Below, piece after piece: positions 26,322-35,375 of a stretch of DNA of 52,851 bases. A program made the translations under genes and the position numbers. This DNA is from a virus (taxonomy: Duplodnaviria; Caudoviricetes), in the IMG/VR virus record IMGVR_UViG_3300023115_000025, positions 1 through 52,851 of that record, one strand, 5' to 3'. The notes beneath the pieces were generated by a model. It worked only from the letters and a program-made list of their open reading frames with translations, was not told the DNA's origin and did no database searches. Each line of letters opens with the position of its first letter. Position 1 is the stretch's first letter.

Positions 26322-27470
26322 TTAAAATGGGCAATCTTCTTCTGTAGCATAATCTTCGTTTACTTCTGATGTTTCTGTTTCAAAAACATCATCAGAGATT
26401 TTCTGATATAGGTCAACAAAAGAAGTTTTTGTATCTTCGTCAAAACGATTAGTACACAATTCTACAGACTTTACACGGTCTTTGAAAATTGAGAAAGTTT
26501 CGACAATGTGAACCAAACGGCGAGTAGAGATAATTTCATCAATACCACCATCAGCAAAAGTTTTGCGAATAGTTTGAGCCCAAACTGTAAGATTTTCTAC
26601 AAACTCATCATCTTGTAGTCCAAAAGATGCAAGCACTTTTGTGAGAATTTTTTTCTCGACAACTTGTGATGGATATTCTTGTTCGAAAGTAATTTTGAAA
26701 CGTTCCAGAAACGCCTCATTCATTACGTTAGTACCGATGAAACGTCCATCATCAGAACCTTTACCTTTAGTGTTTGCAGTTGCGACAACTGTAAATCCAG
26801 GCGCTGGTTTTACAAACCGATTATCTTTTTTGAGATAAACACCTTTACCATCAATGATGGACTGGAGACACATAATTTTGTTTGATGCAAGGTCAACTTC
26901 ATCAAGTACAAGTACTGCACCAGATTCCATCGCACGAACTACAGGTCCAGCAACAAAGGTCACATTACCATCAATTAGAGTTTTGTCACCAAGAAGGTCT
27001 GACTCATCAGTTTCGACAGTGATAGGGACAATAATACATTCACGTTTCAACTGAGCACAAGCTTGTTGTGTACCGAATGTTTTACCATTACCAGACATAC
27101 CAGTAATAAAAACTGGATAAAAGATTTTTGATTTGATAATAGTTTTGAGATCATCAAAAAAACCAAACTTGACAAAGTTAGGGTCTTTCTCTGGAACAAG
27201 AGACTCAGAATGAGATAGGTCAACACTCATTGCTTGTTTCAAGGGAGCTGGTGTTACATGGACTGGAGCGTTAACAACAACTCCACCATCATTCATTAGT
27301 GGTAATTTGTATTTACCACGACTAACCCGATATTCATCAGATTTTAACCAAGCAGGATCGGGCAATTTGTGTACCTTTGCCAGATTGTTGATTTGAGTGC
27401 GAGATAATACGTCAGTATTAAATTCGCGTTGCGCAACTTCGATAAAAGTTTTGCGAGATTCTAAGTTCAT
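26322..27470 (-). CDS. cobS: CobS-like/MoxR AAA+ ATPase
   Basis: GMSGNGKT, VLVLDEVD, ATANTKGKGSDDGRFIGTN..NEAFLERF, STRRL. Confidence 0.9.
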   Translation of the reverse strand: MNLESRKTFIEVAQREFNTDVLSRTQINNLAKVHKLPDPAWLKSDEYRVSRGKYKLPLMNDGGVVVNAPVHVTPAPLKQAMSVDLSHSESLVPEKDPNFVKFGFFDDLKTIIKSKIFYPVFITGMSGNGKTFGTQQACAQLKRECIIVPITVETDESDLLGDKTLIDGNVTFVAGPVVRAMESGAVLVLDEVDLASNKIMCLQSIIDGKGVYLKKDNRFVKPAPGFTVVATANTKGKGSDDGRFIGTNVMNEAFLERFKITFEQEYPSQVVEKKILTKVLASFGLQDDEFVENLTVWAQTIRKTFADGGIDEIISTRRLVHIVETFSIFKDRVKSVELCTNRFDEDTKTSFVDLYQKISDDVFETETSEVNEDYATEEDCPF

Positions 27471-27510
27471 ATTTTCACTCCGTTCATTACGAATCATCAT
27501 CAATTACATA

Positions 27511-27544
27511 TATATTGAACCACATATGCTCGGCATTGTCAAGC
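27511..27544 (-). promoter_or_regulatory. Early sigma70-type promoter with an atypical -10
   Basis: GCTTGACA-17 nt-TTCAAT(ATA); same layout at 29789-29822. Confidence 0.65.
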
Positions 27545-27546
27545 AG

Positions 27547-29766
27547 TTATTTCACCAATTCAACAAATTTGTTCAAAAGTTGGCGATTTGTTTTTTTAGA
27601 CTTGTTATGTTTTGCAAAATTGCGAACAACTTGACTTTTAGTCATAGAAGAATTTACATTCAAATTTTCGTCTTTAGTATCTGTCGGTTGGATTATAAAG
27701 TAATTATTATAACCGGCATTGGTGACAGAAACAAATCCATTTTCGCGGATTTTTTTACGACCATTGGACATCAATTCTTTACTTTTGGTACTATAAATTG
27801 TTTCTTCCGCAACATAGTTTTCCATCGCATATTTTAGTTCACGTTTGTTTGAACAAAGCATAAAACCAATTGCATTCATATTATGACAATCTCGCATATG
27901 TTCAACCATTGCACTAGTAAATTGCCCACCGTCTGGATTATGAACTAGAATTTTATTATGGATTTTATCTCGAATGATTTGTTGACGGCGGCGCCAAGGA
28001 TAATTATTAATATCACAGGCTAGATATTTGTCATTGCTGGAATGACGTAAAACATATGATGTTCCATTGTCACCACCATCTGTCAATACTACCATGTTGA
28101 CTTTTTCAACACCGGATTTTTTCACAAACACTGGAATGTGTTGGTGCAAAATCAAAAGACTATCATTTAATGGTGTTGTACAATAATCATCATACGTCAA
28201 ATTAGGCCGGCACCATCCATAACCAGTATCCATAGAACGAGTAAGTTGCAAAAGTAAATTTGCATTCTTTTTGAAATTTTGATTATTCATTTCACTAGAA
28301 AGTAAGTTGCGCAGAGCAACTTCTTTTTTGGGGATCCAAGAGTTGATATCCACAGATGATAGGTAATTTTGAAAATCTTCATTTGATTTTGTTTCATTCC
28401 AATGGGCAGGATTGTCACTAAAACTGAAAACATCAAACGCAATACCAACACGGCGACAGAAGGTAGCTAATGTGATAGTTTGTTTCATAGTAGAATACAT
28501 AGAGCCATGCATCGAACCAGACCAATCAACTAACATAACCATACCATGATTTTTACCTTCTGGCACAACTACTTTGCGTTGGAAGATGTCTTCATTAATT
28601 TGATAACTCCAAAGTTTCCCAGAGTTAATATTACCACTTTTATGTGATGTAGAATTGGCGGCAGCACGGGCGGCCTTTTTCATTTCAAACTCTTTAACCA
28701 AGTATGAAATTGTCTTTTGATTTTCTTTTAGAAATTCTTCATAGAGATTTTTAGTTGAGTCAACATTAAATTGGTTTTCAAGTTGAACACTAACTGTTTT
28801 CCAATGCACAACATGATTTGACAAATTTTTGATAGGAGTAATGTTAGCATATTTAAAATTGTTTCTTGAGTCTGTAGAAACCATAGTTTTCAGACCCTGT
28901 TGCAGTGCATCATCAGTTTTAGATTCTAATTCATCATTATCAACAACTGAAACTGTTTCTACTTCGGAAACACCGTCATTCATATCATCAGTATCAGACT
29001 CATCTTCAGTTTCTGTTTCAGATGTTTCTTCCGAAGTGTCATTGTTATTTGAATTTTCTCCGCCTTCCATGTCACCAGATTCTTCAGAATTGTCTGAACC
29101 AGTATCTTGTGTTTCTTCGTCAGACTCATCTGCATCAAAAAGAATTGGATTTGTCATGGTAGTTTGAGTTTGGTTATCTTCTTTATTGTCTTTCAAGAAA
29201 TTGTAAAGTTCTTCTGCAAGGTCTGCAACTTCATCAAAAGTTTTTAACTTTTCAATTTTACGAACCCAATGCAATTCATCTTCGTTAAACCAATCCGATT
29301 CAACCAACATCTGAGCTGCGGAAACTTTAAACCAAATATTGATACGGTCAATCAAATTGATTTTACTAGGAGAAACATCTTTGACACCAAAGAAATCTTT
29401 GTCCCAAAGTTCTTGATAACCTTTGATAAACGCGGTCCGCAATCCAGCAAACTTTTGTTTCTGTAGTTTTTCGATACGAGCATCTTCGATAACATTTACG
29501 AAACCATGTGACGAACGAGCGGAAGCTTCAGTCAATGCCTCTTCGCCAGCGGGAGTAAACAGTGCGTGTGCAACTTCGTGTCCTACCAAAAGGTCATAAA
29601 GTTCTTCACTCATATCTTTCCAAACTGGTAGTGTCAATATACGATGTTTAACATCAAACATCGCAGTTTCGACGTTTTGATGTTCAACCGTAATATCTTC
29701 TTCGGACATCAGTTTTGCAAGTAATGTCTTAGACTCTTTTGTAAACATTGTATTAGAACTAATCAT
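27547..29766 (-). CDS. Metallopeptidase-like plus vWA domain protein (CobT-like partner of the AAA ATPase)
   Basis: HEVAH...NVIEDARIE; acidic linker; MIDAS DWSGSM...TPL...LTDG. Confidence 0.85.
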   Translation of the reverse strand: MISSNTMFTKESKTLLAKLMSEEDITVEHQNVETAMFDVKHRILTLPVWKDMSEELYDLLVGHEVAHALFTPAGEEALTEASARSSHGFVNVIEDARIEKLQKQKFAGLRTAFIKGYQELWDKDFFGVKDVSPSKINLIDRINIWFKVSAAQMLVESDWFNEDELHWVRKIEKLKTFDEVADLAEELYNFLKDNKEDNQTQTTMTNPILFDADESDEETQDTGSDNSEESGDMEGGENSNNNDTSEETSETETEDESDTDDMNDGVSEVETVSVVDNDELESKTDDALQQGLKTMVSTDSRNNFKYANITPIKNLSNHVVHWKTVSVQLENQFNVDSTKNLYEEFLKENQKTISYLVKEFEMKKAARAAANSTSHKSGNINSGKLWSYQINEDIFQRKVVVPEGKNHGMVMLVDWSGSMHGSMYSTMKQTITLATFCRRVGIAFDVFSFSDNPAHWNETKSNEDFQNYLSSVDINSWIPKKEVALRNLLSSEMNNQNFKKNANLLLQLTRSMDTGYGWCRPNLTYDDYCTTPLNDSLLILHQHIPVFVKKSGVEKVNMVVLTDGGDNGTSYVLRHSSNDKYLACDINNYPWRRRQQIIRDKIHNKILVHNPDGGQFTSAMVEHMRDCHNMNAIGFMLCSNKRELKYAMENYVAEETIYSTKSKELMSNGRKKIRENGFVSVTNAGYNNYFIIQPTDTKDENLNVNSSMTKSQVVRNFAKHNKSKKTNRQLLNKFVELVK

Positions 29767-29788
29767 AGATAAACTCCCGAATCACAAG

Positions 29789-29822
29789 TATATTGAACCA
29801 TATTCTACTGATTCTGTCAAGC
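29789..29822 (-). promoter_or_regulatory. Early sigma70-type promoter with an atypical -10
   Basis: GCTTGACA-17 nt-TTCAAT(ATA). Confidence 0.65.
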
Positions 29823-29827
29823 ACTAT

Positions 29828-31168
29828 TTAAAAGAAACTATCTAAACTAACAACTCTTTTGTGTCGAAATAAATCTAAGTCACTCTTTCCCTTACGAAAA
29901 GTCCAAACATTTTCCATATAAACTTTGTTCATAAAATTATTCATTTTTTCTTTATCAAAGTTTCCATCTTCATCAGAAAACACCGACTTACCCTGTGGTC
30001 GTTGCATAATTCTCATACCAATCTGACCTAAAAAATTATCTTTTAATTCATCTACAAGTTCATCACCAGAGCGATATCTTTTACCTTTGATTTTAGGATC
30101 CATAATGTTAATCAACATATGTCCACCATCACTCAATGAATTAAATGTATTTACAGAAACTGGTAGATAAAAATCATCTCTCCAAGCCTCATACTCATTA
30201 AATTTCGCCCACGATTGATCTTCAGAATGTTCACCACCTTCGTTATATCTTTCTGTAGAAAAATATGGTGGCGATGTAAATGCACAATCTACATTTTCAA
30301 TTTCATCCCATGGCATATTCTCTGCACCACTGCGATACATTCTTACTGATTTTAAATTGCCATCTAATACCCACATATTACCATCTTCATGAATACTATA
30401 TTGATTACCAATGAGTTTAGAATATTCTATAGCCTGAAGTTTGTAATTTTCAAATGTATTTGGATTTGGGTCACAACCAATATAGTAAGTGGCATTCGAG
30501 GCAAAGAAACCACACAGTCTATCTCCCCACCCCATAGATGTGTCCAAAACAGTTTTTGCATTAGACATCTCATAGATACACTTTGCCACTATTGGTTTAA
30601 ACTGCGTGGCAATATATGTACCAAGGCGAAATGCCATCATATATTGTTTAGGTGTTAACTCCCAACTGTCATTCACGCCCCGCCAGATTGGGCCAAAGAC
30701 CCCCCAAATATTGTCTCCTTCATTCCATCTATCTACTGGAGATCTAAATCCATATGAACCACAGGCCATTCGCAATTTGTTTTGAAAGTAATCACTAGCC
30801 TCATTGAATGTTGATGGAGCATCAATCATACCCAAACCATATTCTGCATAGGAATATTTGTAATCGTCATACTTTTCTAAGACTTCTTTTTGCATATTTT
30901 CTTGTGGTTGAATATATGTAGAATAGTCAACTTTTCTTAACTTACGAAAAGTGTTTACAAACTCTTCGTATGAAAACTCTTTATATGGAAATGGTGGTTT
31001 ATTATCTGTAATATACTTTGCAAGTACTTTTCTGAATAATTCTTTACCGTAAGCTTCGGTAATTTTACCAAACAAATTACTATCCATCACAGGTAATCCG
31101 TCTGCGTTTTTACATTTGTCTAATACATTATAAAGTTCATTATCTAAATTATCAATTGTTTCAATCAT
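29828..31168 (-). CDS. Amino-DNA methyltransferase
   Basis: TQFKP..AK, motif I VLDTSMGWGDR, GCDPN, motif IV FTSPPYF..E.Y; start moved to the ATGA overlap at 31168. Confidence 0.85.
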   Translation of the reverse strand: MIETIDNLDNELYNVLDKCKNADGLPVMDSNLFGKITEAYGKELFRKVLAKYITDNKPPFPYKEFSYEEFVNTFRKLRKVDYSTYIQPQENMQKEVLEKYDDYKYSYAEYGLGMIDAPSTFNEASDYFQNKLRMACGSYGFRSPVDRWNEGDNIWGVFGPIWRGVNDSWELTPKQYMMAFRLGTYIATQFKPIVAKCIYEMSNAKTVLDTSMGWGDRLCGFFASNATYYIGCDPNPNTFENYKLQAIEYSKLIGNQYSIHEDGNMWVLDGNLKSVRMYRSGAENMPWDEIENVDCAFTSPPYFSTERYNEGGEHSEDQSWAKFNEYEAWRDDFYLPVSVNTFNSLSDGGHMLINIMDPKIKGKRYRSGDELVDELKDNFLGQIGMRIMQRPQGKSVFSDEDGNFDKEKMNNFMNKVYMENVWTFRKGKSDLDLFRHKRVVSLDSFF

Positions 31169-31503
31169 ACGGTAATGTCCACTATACTCTTTTGTTCTTT
31201 TTCGTTTCCTATTTTTTGATCTATGTACGCTCTTAGTTTTAGATTTTTTACAAGTCCTAACCACATTTGTTGTTTTTCATAAAACTGTTTTAACATATCC
31301 ATATTAACTGAGGCTCTTGTTGCTGCCTCTACCACTCTACGAGGTTCAGTTTTGGGTGGCATAATATTTTCTGCATTTGGATATGTGTGTGCAGTAAAAG
31401 GCATTTGTTTTGATATGCCCTGCAACGATTTATCTCCCTCAGTGAAAGGCATCGAACTATTCCCTTGCAACATTTGTTGTTGTTTTATTATATGAGTTTC
31501 CAT
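31165..31503 (-). CDS. Hypothetical protein
   Basis: ORF coupled to both flanking methyltransferase genes. Confidence 0.55.
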   Translation of the reverse strand: METHIIKQQQMLQGNSSMPFTEGDKSLQGISKQMPFTAHTYPNAENIMPPKTEPRRVVEAATRASVNMDMLKQFYEKQQMWLGLVKNLKLRAYIDQKIGNEKEQKSIVDITV

Positions 31504-32152
31504 CTAAAAATCCATCTAAGTTTGTAGTTTCCTCGCTTATTCTATCATTACACAGTTTCCAATAAGAACTATTTAGTTCGCTTCCCATATAATCTCTATT
31601 CGTTCTGATCGCAGCTATTGCAGTCGTGCCAGATCCCATAAATGGATCATATACAATGTCACCTTCTTGTGTATAATTTAAGATACACTTTCTTGGAACA
31701 TCAACCGGCATACCATATGGATATTTTTTATATTTGCCTCTACCATCCAACCAAACATCTGGTTTAAATTCTTTATTCATATTTTGTTTCACTTTACCTT
31801 TTCCAAAAGTCAAAACATTACCATAAGTCAATCTAAACATATCAATTTTTGTACTCTTTACCCATATTTTGTGCGACAACAATTTATAACCAATCGCAAG
31901 CATTGAATGTTTTAGAATCGAACTCTTAGGAACTATTGTACCATTAAATTTACGATCTGTAAAGGCTACTGTAATAATTTTTTTTCTTGGATTGGCCCGA
32001 CCAAAAATATCCAATAAAAATTCTTGGTATTTTTCTGGATTGCCGGGATCTGTTCCTATTTCTTCGAAATCTGGAGGAGAAGTAAAAATATAATCATATT
32101 CATACTCATTTATAATATTTTTAAAATCTTCTAAATGTATCACGTTTTTCAT
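31457..32152 (-). CDS. Beta-class N4/N6 DNA methyltransferase-like protein
   Basis: IFTSPPDF near the N-terminus; VYDPFMGSGTTAIAA...GSEL near the C-terminus. Confidence 0.8.
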   Translation of the reverse strand: MKNVIHLEDFKNIINEYEYDYIFTSPPDFEEIGTDPGNPEKYQEFLLDIFGRANPRKKIITVAFTDRKFNGTIVPKSSILKHSMLAIGYKLLSHKIWVKSTKIDMFRLTYGNVLTFGKGKVKQNMNKEFKPDVWLDGRGKYKKYPYGMPVDVPRKCILNYTQEGDIVYDPFMGSGTTAIAAIRTNRDYMGSELNSSYWKLCNDRISEETTNLDGFLDGNSYNKTTTNVARE

Positions 32153-32420
32153 AACCAACCGCTTTCCTATAATATTTTTCTGCTAGTTTTTCGTATTCAC
32201 TCATTGCATTATTTATTATTTGCCACTTTATCCATGCCTCAAGGCAATGGTCTTTACCTTCCCAAAGCCAAATAAAATCTATCAAAAAACATATATTAAA
32301 CTTACCTTTTCTTTTTCTTTCATATTGCAGTGCAGAAAGTGTTTGATTATTTTTCCCACCAACTAAACTATTTAAAAATATAGAAAATGCAACAAAAACT
32401 CTACTTAAATATCTTATCAT
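32121..32420 (-). CDS. Conserved hypothetical phage protein
   Basis: N...GG...QT.SA...ID......DHC pattern; coupled to gp46. Confidence 0.65.
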   Translation of the reverse strand: MIRYLSRVFVAFSIFLNSLVGGKNNQTLSALQYERKRKGKFNICFLIDFIWLWEGKDHCLEAWIKWQIINNAMSEYEKLAEKYYRKAVGYEKRDTFRRF

Positions 32421-34135
32421 TTTTCCTGTACAATTTGACTAAAGTTTTTCACCTTATCGAATTTAATAACACTATGAAATTTATCATACAATATTTCACC
32501 TTTATGACTAATAACAAATACATTATTGCCACCCAAAGTGTTCAGTAGTTTCAAAAACTCATCTGTGCCGGAATTATCTAAACTGCTATCAAATACTTCA
32601 TCAAGTATTAATAAATTAGTATTGACGCTATTTTTCATCTTTGCAATCGCCCTCCAAGTAAAGAGTAACGCAAGATCGATACGCATCTTTTCGCCCTCAG
32701 AGAATGACGCATAAGAAAAATTTTCTCTGCCTCTAGATTTGATATTTTCACTAAATTTTTCATCCATAGTAAAGTTAATATAAAAATCCATCTCTTTTAA
32801 ATATTTATTAATCAAACCATTCATTTTTGGCAGATAATATTTGATAATGGAAGTTTTAACACCAGTATCTTTTAGTAACATAGAAGATACATTATAATAT
32901 TCTCTTTGTTCAACAAGCTCTTTTCTTTTAATATCCAACTTACTAAGTGACGTAGTAAGTTTTTTCATCTCCTTCTTTAATTCTGTAATCGATGTTTCAT
33001 CGTTATTTAATTCGTCATTTTCTTCTTGAATCTCTTTGATGTTTTTTTGAATCATTCTTATAGTTGTATTATTTTCTGTAACTTTTGAATTGAGTTTGTA
33101 AATCTCATCTTGTACTGTTGTAATCTCACTCAATCTACTATTTACTACTTTAAATTGTTTAGACAACTTTTCAACGGCAGTATTGATTTCTTCAATCTTA
33201 GACTTTTTATCATCTACAATGTTACATCTATGTTCATCTTCAACAGACTGTTTACAAGAAGGACAAGTTTCTATTGTCTCAAAAAAATCTATATCTTTTT
33301 TATGTTTTTTACCAGTCGCAATTAATTGACTTTCTAGGCTGTCAAGTTTATTTTGTTTTTTCTTTACGTCATCAAAATCAGAAATAGATTCTGTCAACTC
33401 AATTATTTTTGAATTGATTATCTCTATCTCATCAAATGCAGAAGATACTTCAGTTTCTTTTTCTGAAATTTTTTCATTATTAGTTTTTATTTTCTTTGCT
33501 TTATTTTTTGCAGCGTTTTCCATATACCTTTCTTGCATATCAATGGAATATTCTATTTTATCTCTTTCTAAAGTGTTTGTATCAATATCATCTTTTAGTA
33601 ACGATTGTCTTTGTTTTAAATTTTCATTCATGATCGAAAATATTTTGATGTCCAACAAATCTTCAATAATATCTCTGCGATCATTTGCATTTAATTGCAT
33701 AAAAGGAACAAATGTTGCACTACCCAAAATTACTGTTTGCGTAAATGATTTGTAATTCAATTTAAGAATATTTTCTTCTAGATATTTTTGATAATCTTTT
33801 GCCTTCGAATCTTGATCTATTAACTTACCATTATGATAAATTTCAAATATTGTAGGCTTGATACCTCTGCGAACCATATACTTTGTTTTGCCTATCTGAA
33901 AATTAATTTCAATTAAACAATCTTTATCATTGATACTATTTGTAAGTTGTGGTTTATTAATTTTACGGAAAGGTTTACCAAACAAACCAAACGTCAATGC
34001 ATCTAGTATTGTAGATTTACCAGCACCATTAGTACCCAAGATAAGTGTAGTCGAAGATTTATTGAGAGCGACTTCGGTGAAGTTGTTTCCTGTGGAAAGA
34101 AAATTTTTCCATTTTATCGATTGAAACTCTAACAT
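32417..34135 (-). CDS. gp46: Recombination endonuclease ATPase subunit gp46 (Rad50-like)
   Basis: GTNGAGKST, CPSC zinc hook, FSEGEKMRIDLA, ILDEVFDSSLD. Confidence 0.97.
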   Translation of the reverse strand: MLEFQSIKWKNFLSTGNNFTEVALNKSSTTLILGTNGAGKSTILDALTFGLFGKPFRKINKPQLTNSINDKDCLIEINFQIGKTKYMVRRGIKPTIFEIYHNGKLIDQDSKAKDYQKYLEENILKLNYKSFTQTVILGSATFVPFMQLNANDRRDIIEDLLDIKIFSIMNENLKQRQSLLKDDIDTNTLERDKIEYSIDMQERYMENAAKNKAKKIKTNNEKISEKETEVSSAFDEIEIINSKIIELTESISDFDDVKKKQNKLDSLESQLIATGKKHKKDIDFFETIETCPSCKQSVEDEHRCNIVDDKKSKIEEINTAVEKLSKQFKVVNSRLSEITTVQDEIYKLNSKVTENNTTIRMIQKNIKEIQEENDELNNDETSITELKKEMKKLTTSLSKLDIKRKELVEQREYYNVSSMLLKDTGVKTSIIKYYLPKMNGLINKYLKEMDFYINFTMDEKFSENIKSRGRENFSYASFSEGEKMRIDLALLFTWRAIAKMKNSVNTNLLILDEVFDSSLDNSGTDEFLKLLNTLGGNNVFVISHKGEILYDKFHSVIKFDKVKNFSQIVQEK

Positions 34136-34136
34136 A

Positions 34137-35375
34137 TTATTCCTTTGTCAAAATGTGTACATTTTCTAATAGATTTTTTCTTTTTTCATTTGCAATCTTG
34201 GTTGCACTAAATCCACCCCAAGAGATATGAATCAGTTTATCATATTTAAAATAATACTCTGCAATTCTTTTCATATCATCACTGATAGGAATTCTTTTCT
34301 TATTTAACTCGGAATAATCTTCGACGATAACAAAACTAAACTTAGAGCCTGGTTTGAGACATTTGTAACACAATTCAACAGTGGGTTTCCAATATCCATC
34401 CAACCATTCCTCATATGTTTTCCATGTTTCGTGCGATTGTTCCCCACCACTGTAAATTTCCAGATTGTAATATGGCGGTGAGAAAAATACTAAATCAAAA
34501 TATTCTGAATACTTTTCAGTGAAGTTATGTCTTTCATCAAGTTTTTCTGATGGACAACAATAAAATGTACCTTCCTTTCCATCATCACCAAACCAAGTAT
34601 TTCTCATACCCTCGCTGTATTGATGTAATTGTTCGGCCTTGTCAACTACTTCTGGTATTACATCAATTGCAACCAACTCATCATAGTTTGAATTTGCAAC
34701 ACCAATTACTGGCGTTACCCAACTTAATACAGGAGATAAAAGTTTTTTACCATCTGGAAATACATTTTTTAATATCCATGAGTATGTGTAAGGATTGAAT
34801 ATAGAAGCGCGATTAGCGGTGCCGCGCAACATAGCGAATAAACTGTCATAGTTACCAGAGGATAAGAACTCTGAGACTTTTGGAGTAACCACAGCAGACA
34901 CACTGAATTTATTGTTAATAAGATTATCAAATACACCTAGTAAAGTATCCTTCTCGTTTGAGTTTATTTTTGCAGTCTCTTTGTAAATGCCCTTATATGA
35001 TATATTTCTGAGTAATCTACCACTGGTTATCTCTTTTCTACCATCAATTATAAATCCATCTTCAATTTTGTACTTACTTGGCTCAACCGAATATCTTAAA
35101 TACTTTTCTATATTATCAACTGATGCATGTGCAGTAAACCACTTTTTCATCATTACTTCAAAGTTTACAATATATGCGGTATACAGAGTTTCCGACCATT
35201 GGTTAAACTCTACTTTTCGATAGTCATTGTCATCCAACTTGTTTGCAAAATCTGCCAACGAAACATCACCGGCATTATAAGTAAGTCTGGACTCATTTCT
35301 AAATTGTTCTAAAGTAGGTTTTGAATAATTACCAAAACAATCTTTCATAAAATCTTCGAATGTGTAAGTAAGCAT
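34137..35375 (-). CDS. DNA methyltransferase-like protein with a degenerate SAM-binding motif
   Basis: FDLVFFSPPYYNLEIY...WL.GYW......C...LKPG; the motif I position reads LSPVLSWVTP. Confidence 0.65.
   Translation of the reverse strand: MLTYTFEDFMKDCFGNYSKPTLEQFRNESRLTYNAGDVSLADFANKLDDNDYRKVEFNQWSETLYTAYIVNFEVMMKKWFTAHASVDNIEKYLRYSVEPSKYKIEDGFIIDGRKEITSGRLLRNISYKGIYKETAKINSNEKDTLLGVFDNLINNKFSVSAVVTPKVSEFLSSGNYDSLFAMLRGTANRASIFNPYTYSWILKNVFPDGKKLLSPVLSWVTPVIGVANSNYDELVAIDVIPEVVDKAEQLHQYSEGMRNTWFGDDGKEGTFYCCPSEKLDERHNFTEKYSEYFDLVFFSPPYYNLEIYSGGEQSHETWKTYEEWLDGYWKPTVELCYKCLKPGSKFSFVIVEDYSELNKKRIPISDDMKRIAEYYFKYDKLIHISWGGFSATKIANEKRKNLLENVHILTKE

Noticed and set aside
26322-27470. cobS as a cobalamin-biosynthesis auxiliary metabolic gene
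   Set aside because: Only generic MoxR AAA+ motifs are seen, no cobN or other cob genes are present, and the partner is a peptidase-vWA protein.
35340-35375. MLTYTFEDFMKD at the start of the methyltransferase-like protein as a capsid-targeting signal
   Set aside because: The spacing is shifted, it ends in Asp rather than Glu, and the gene lies in the gp55-47-46 operon under a sigma70 promoter.
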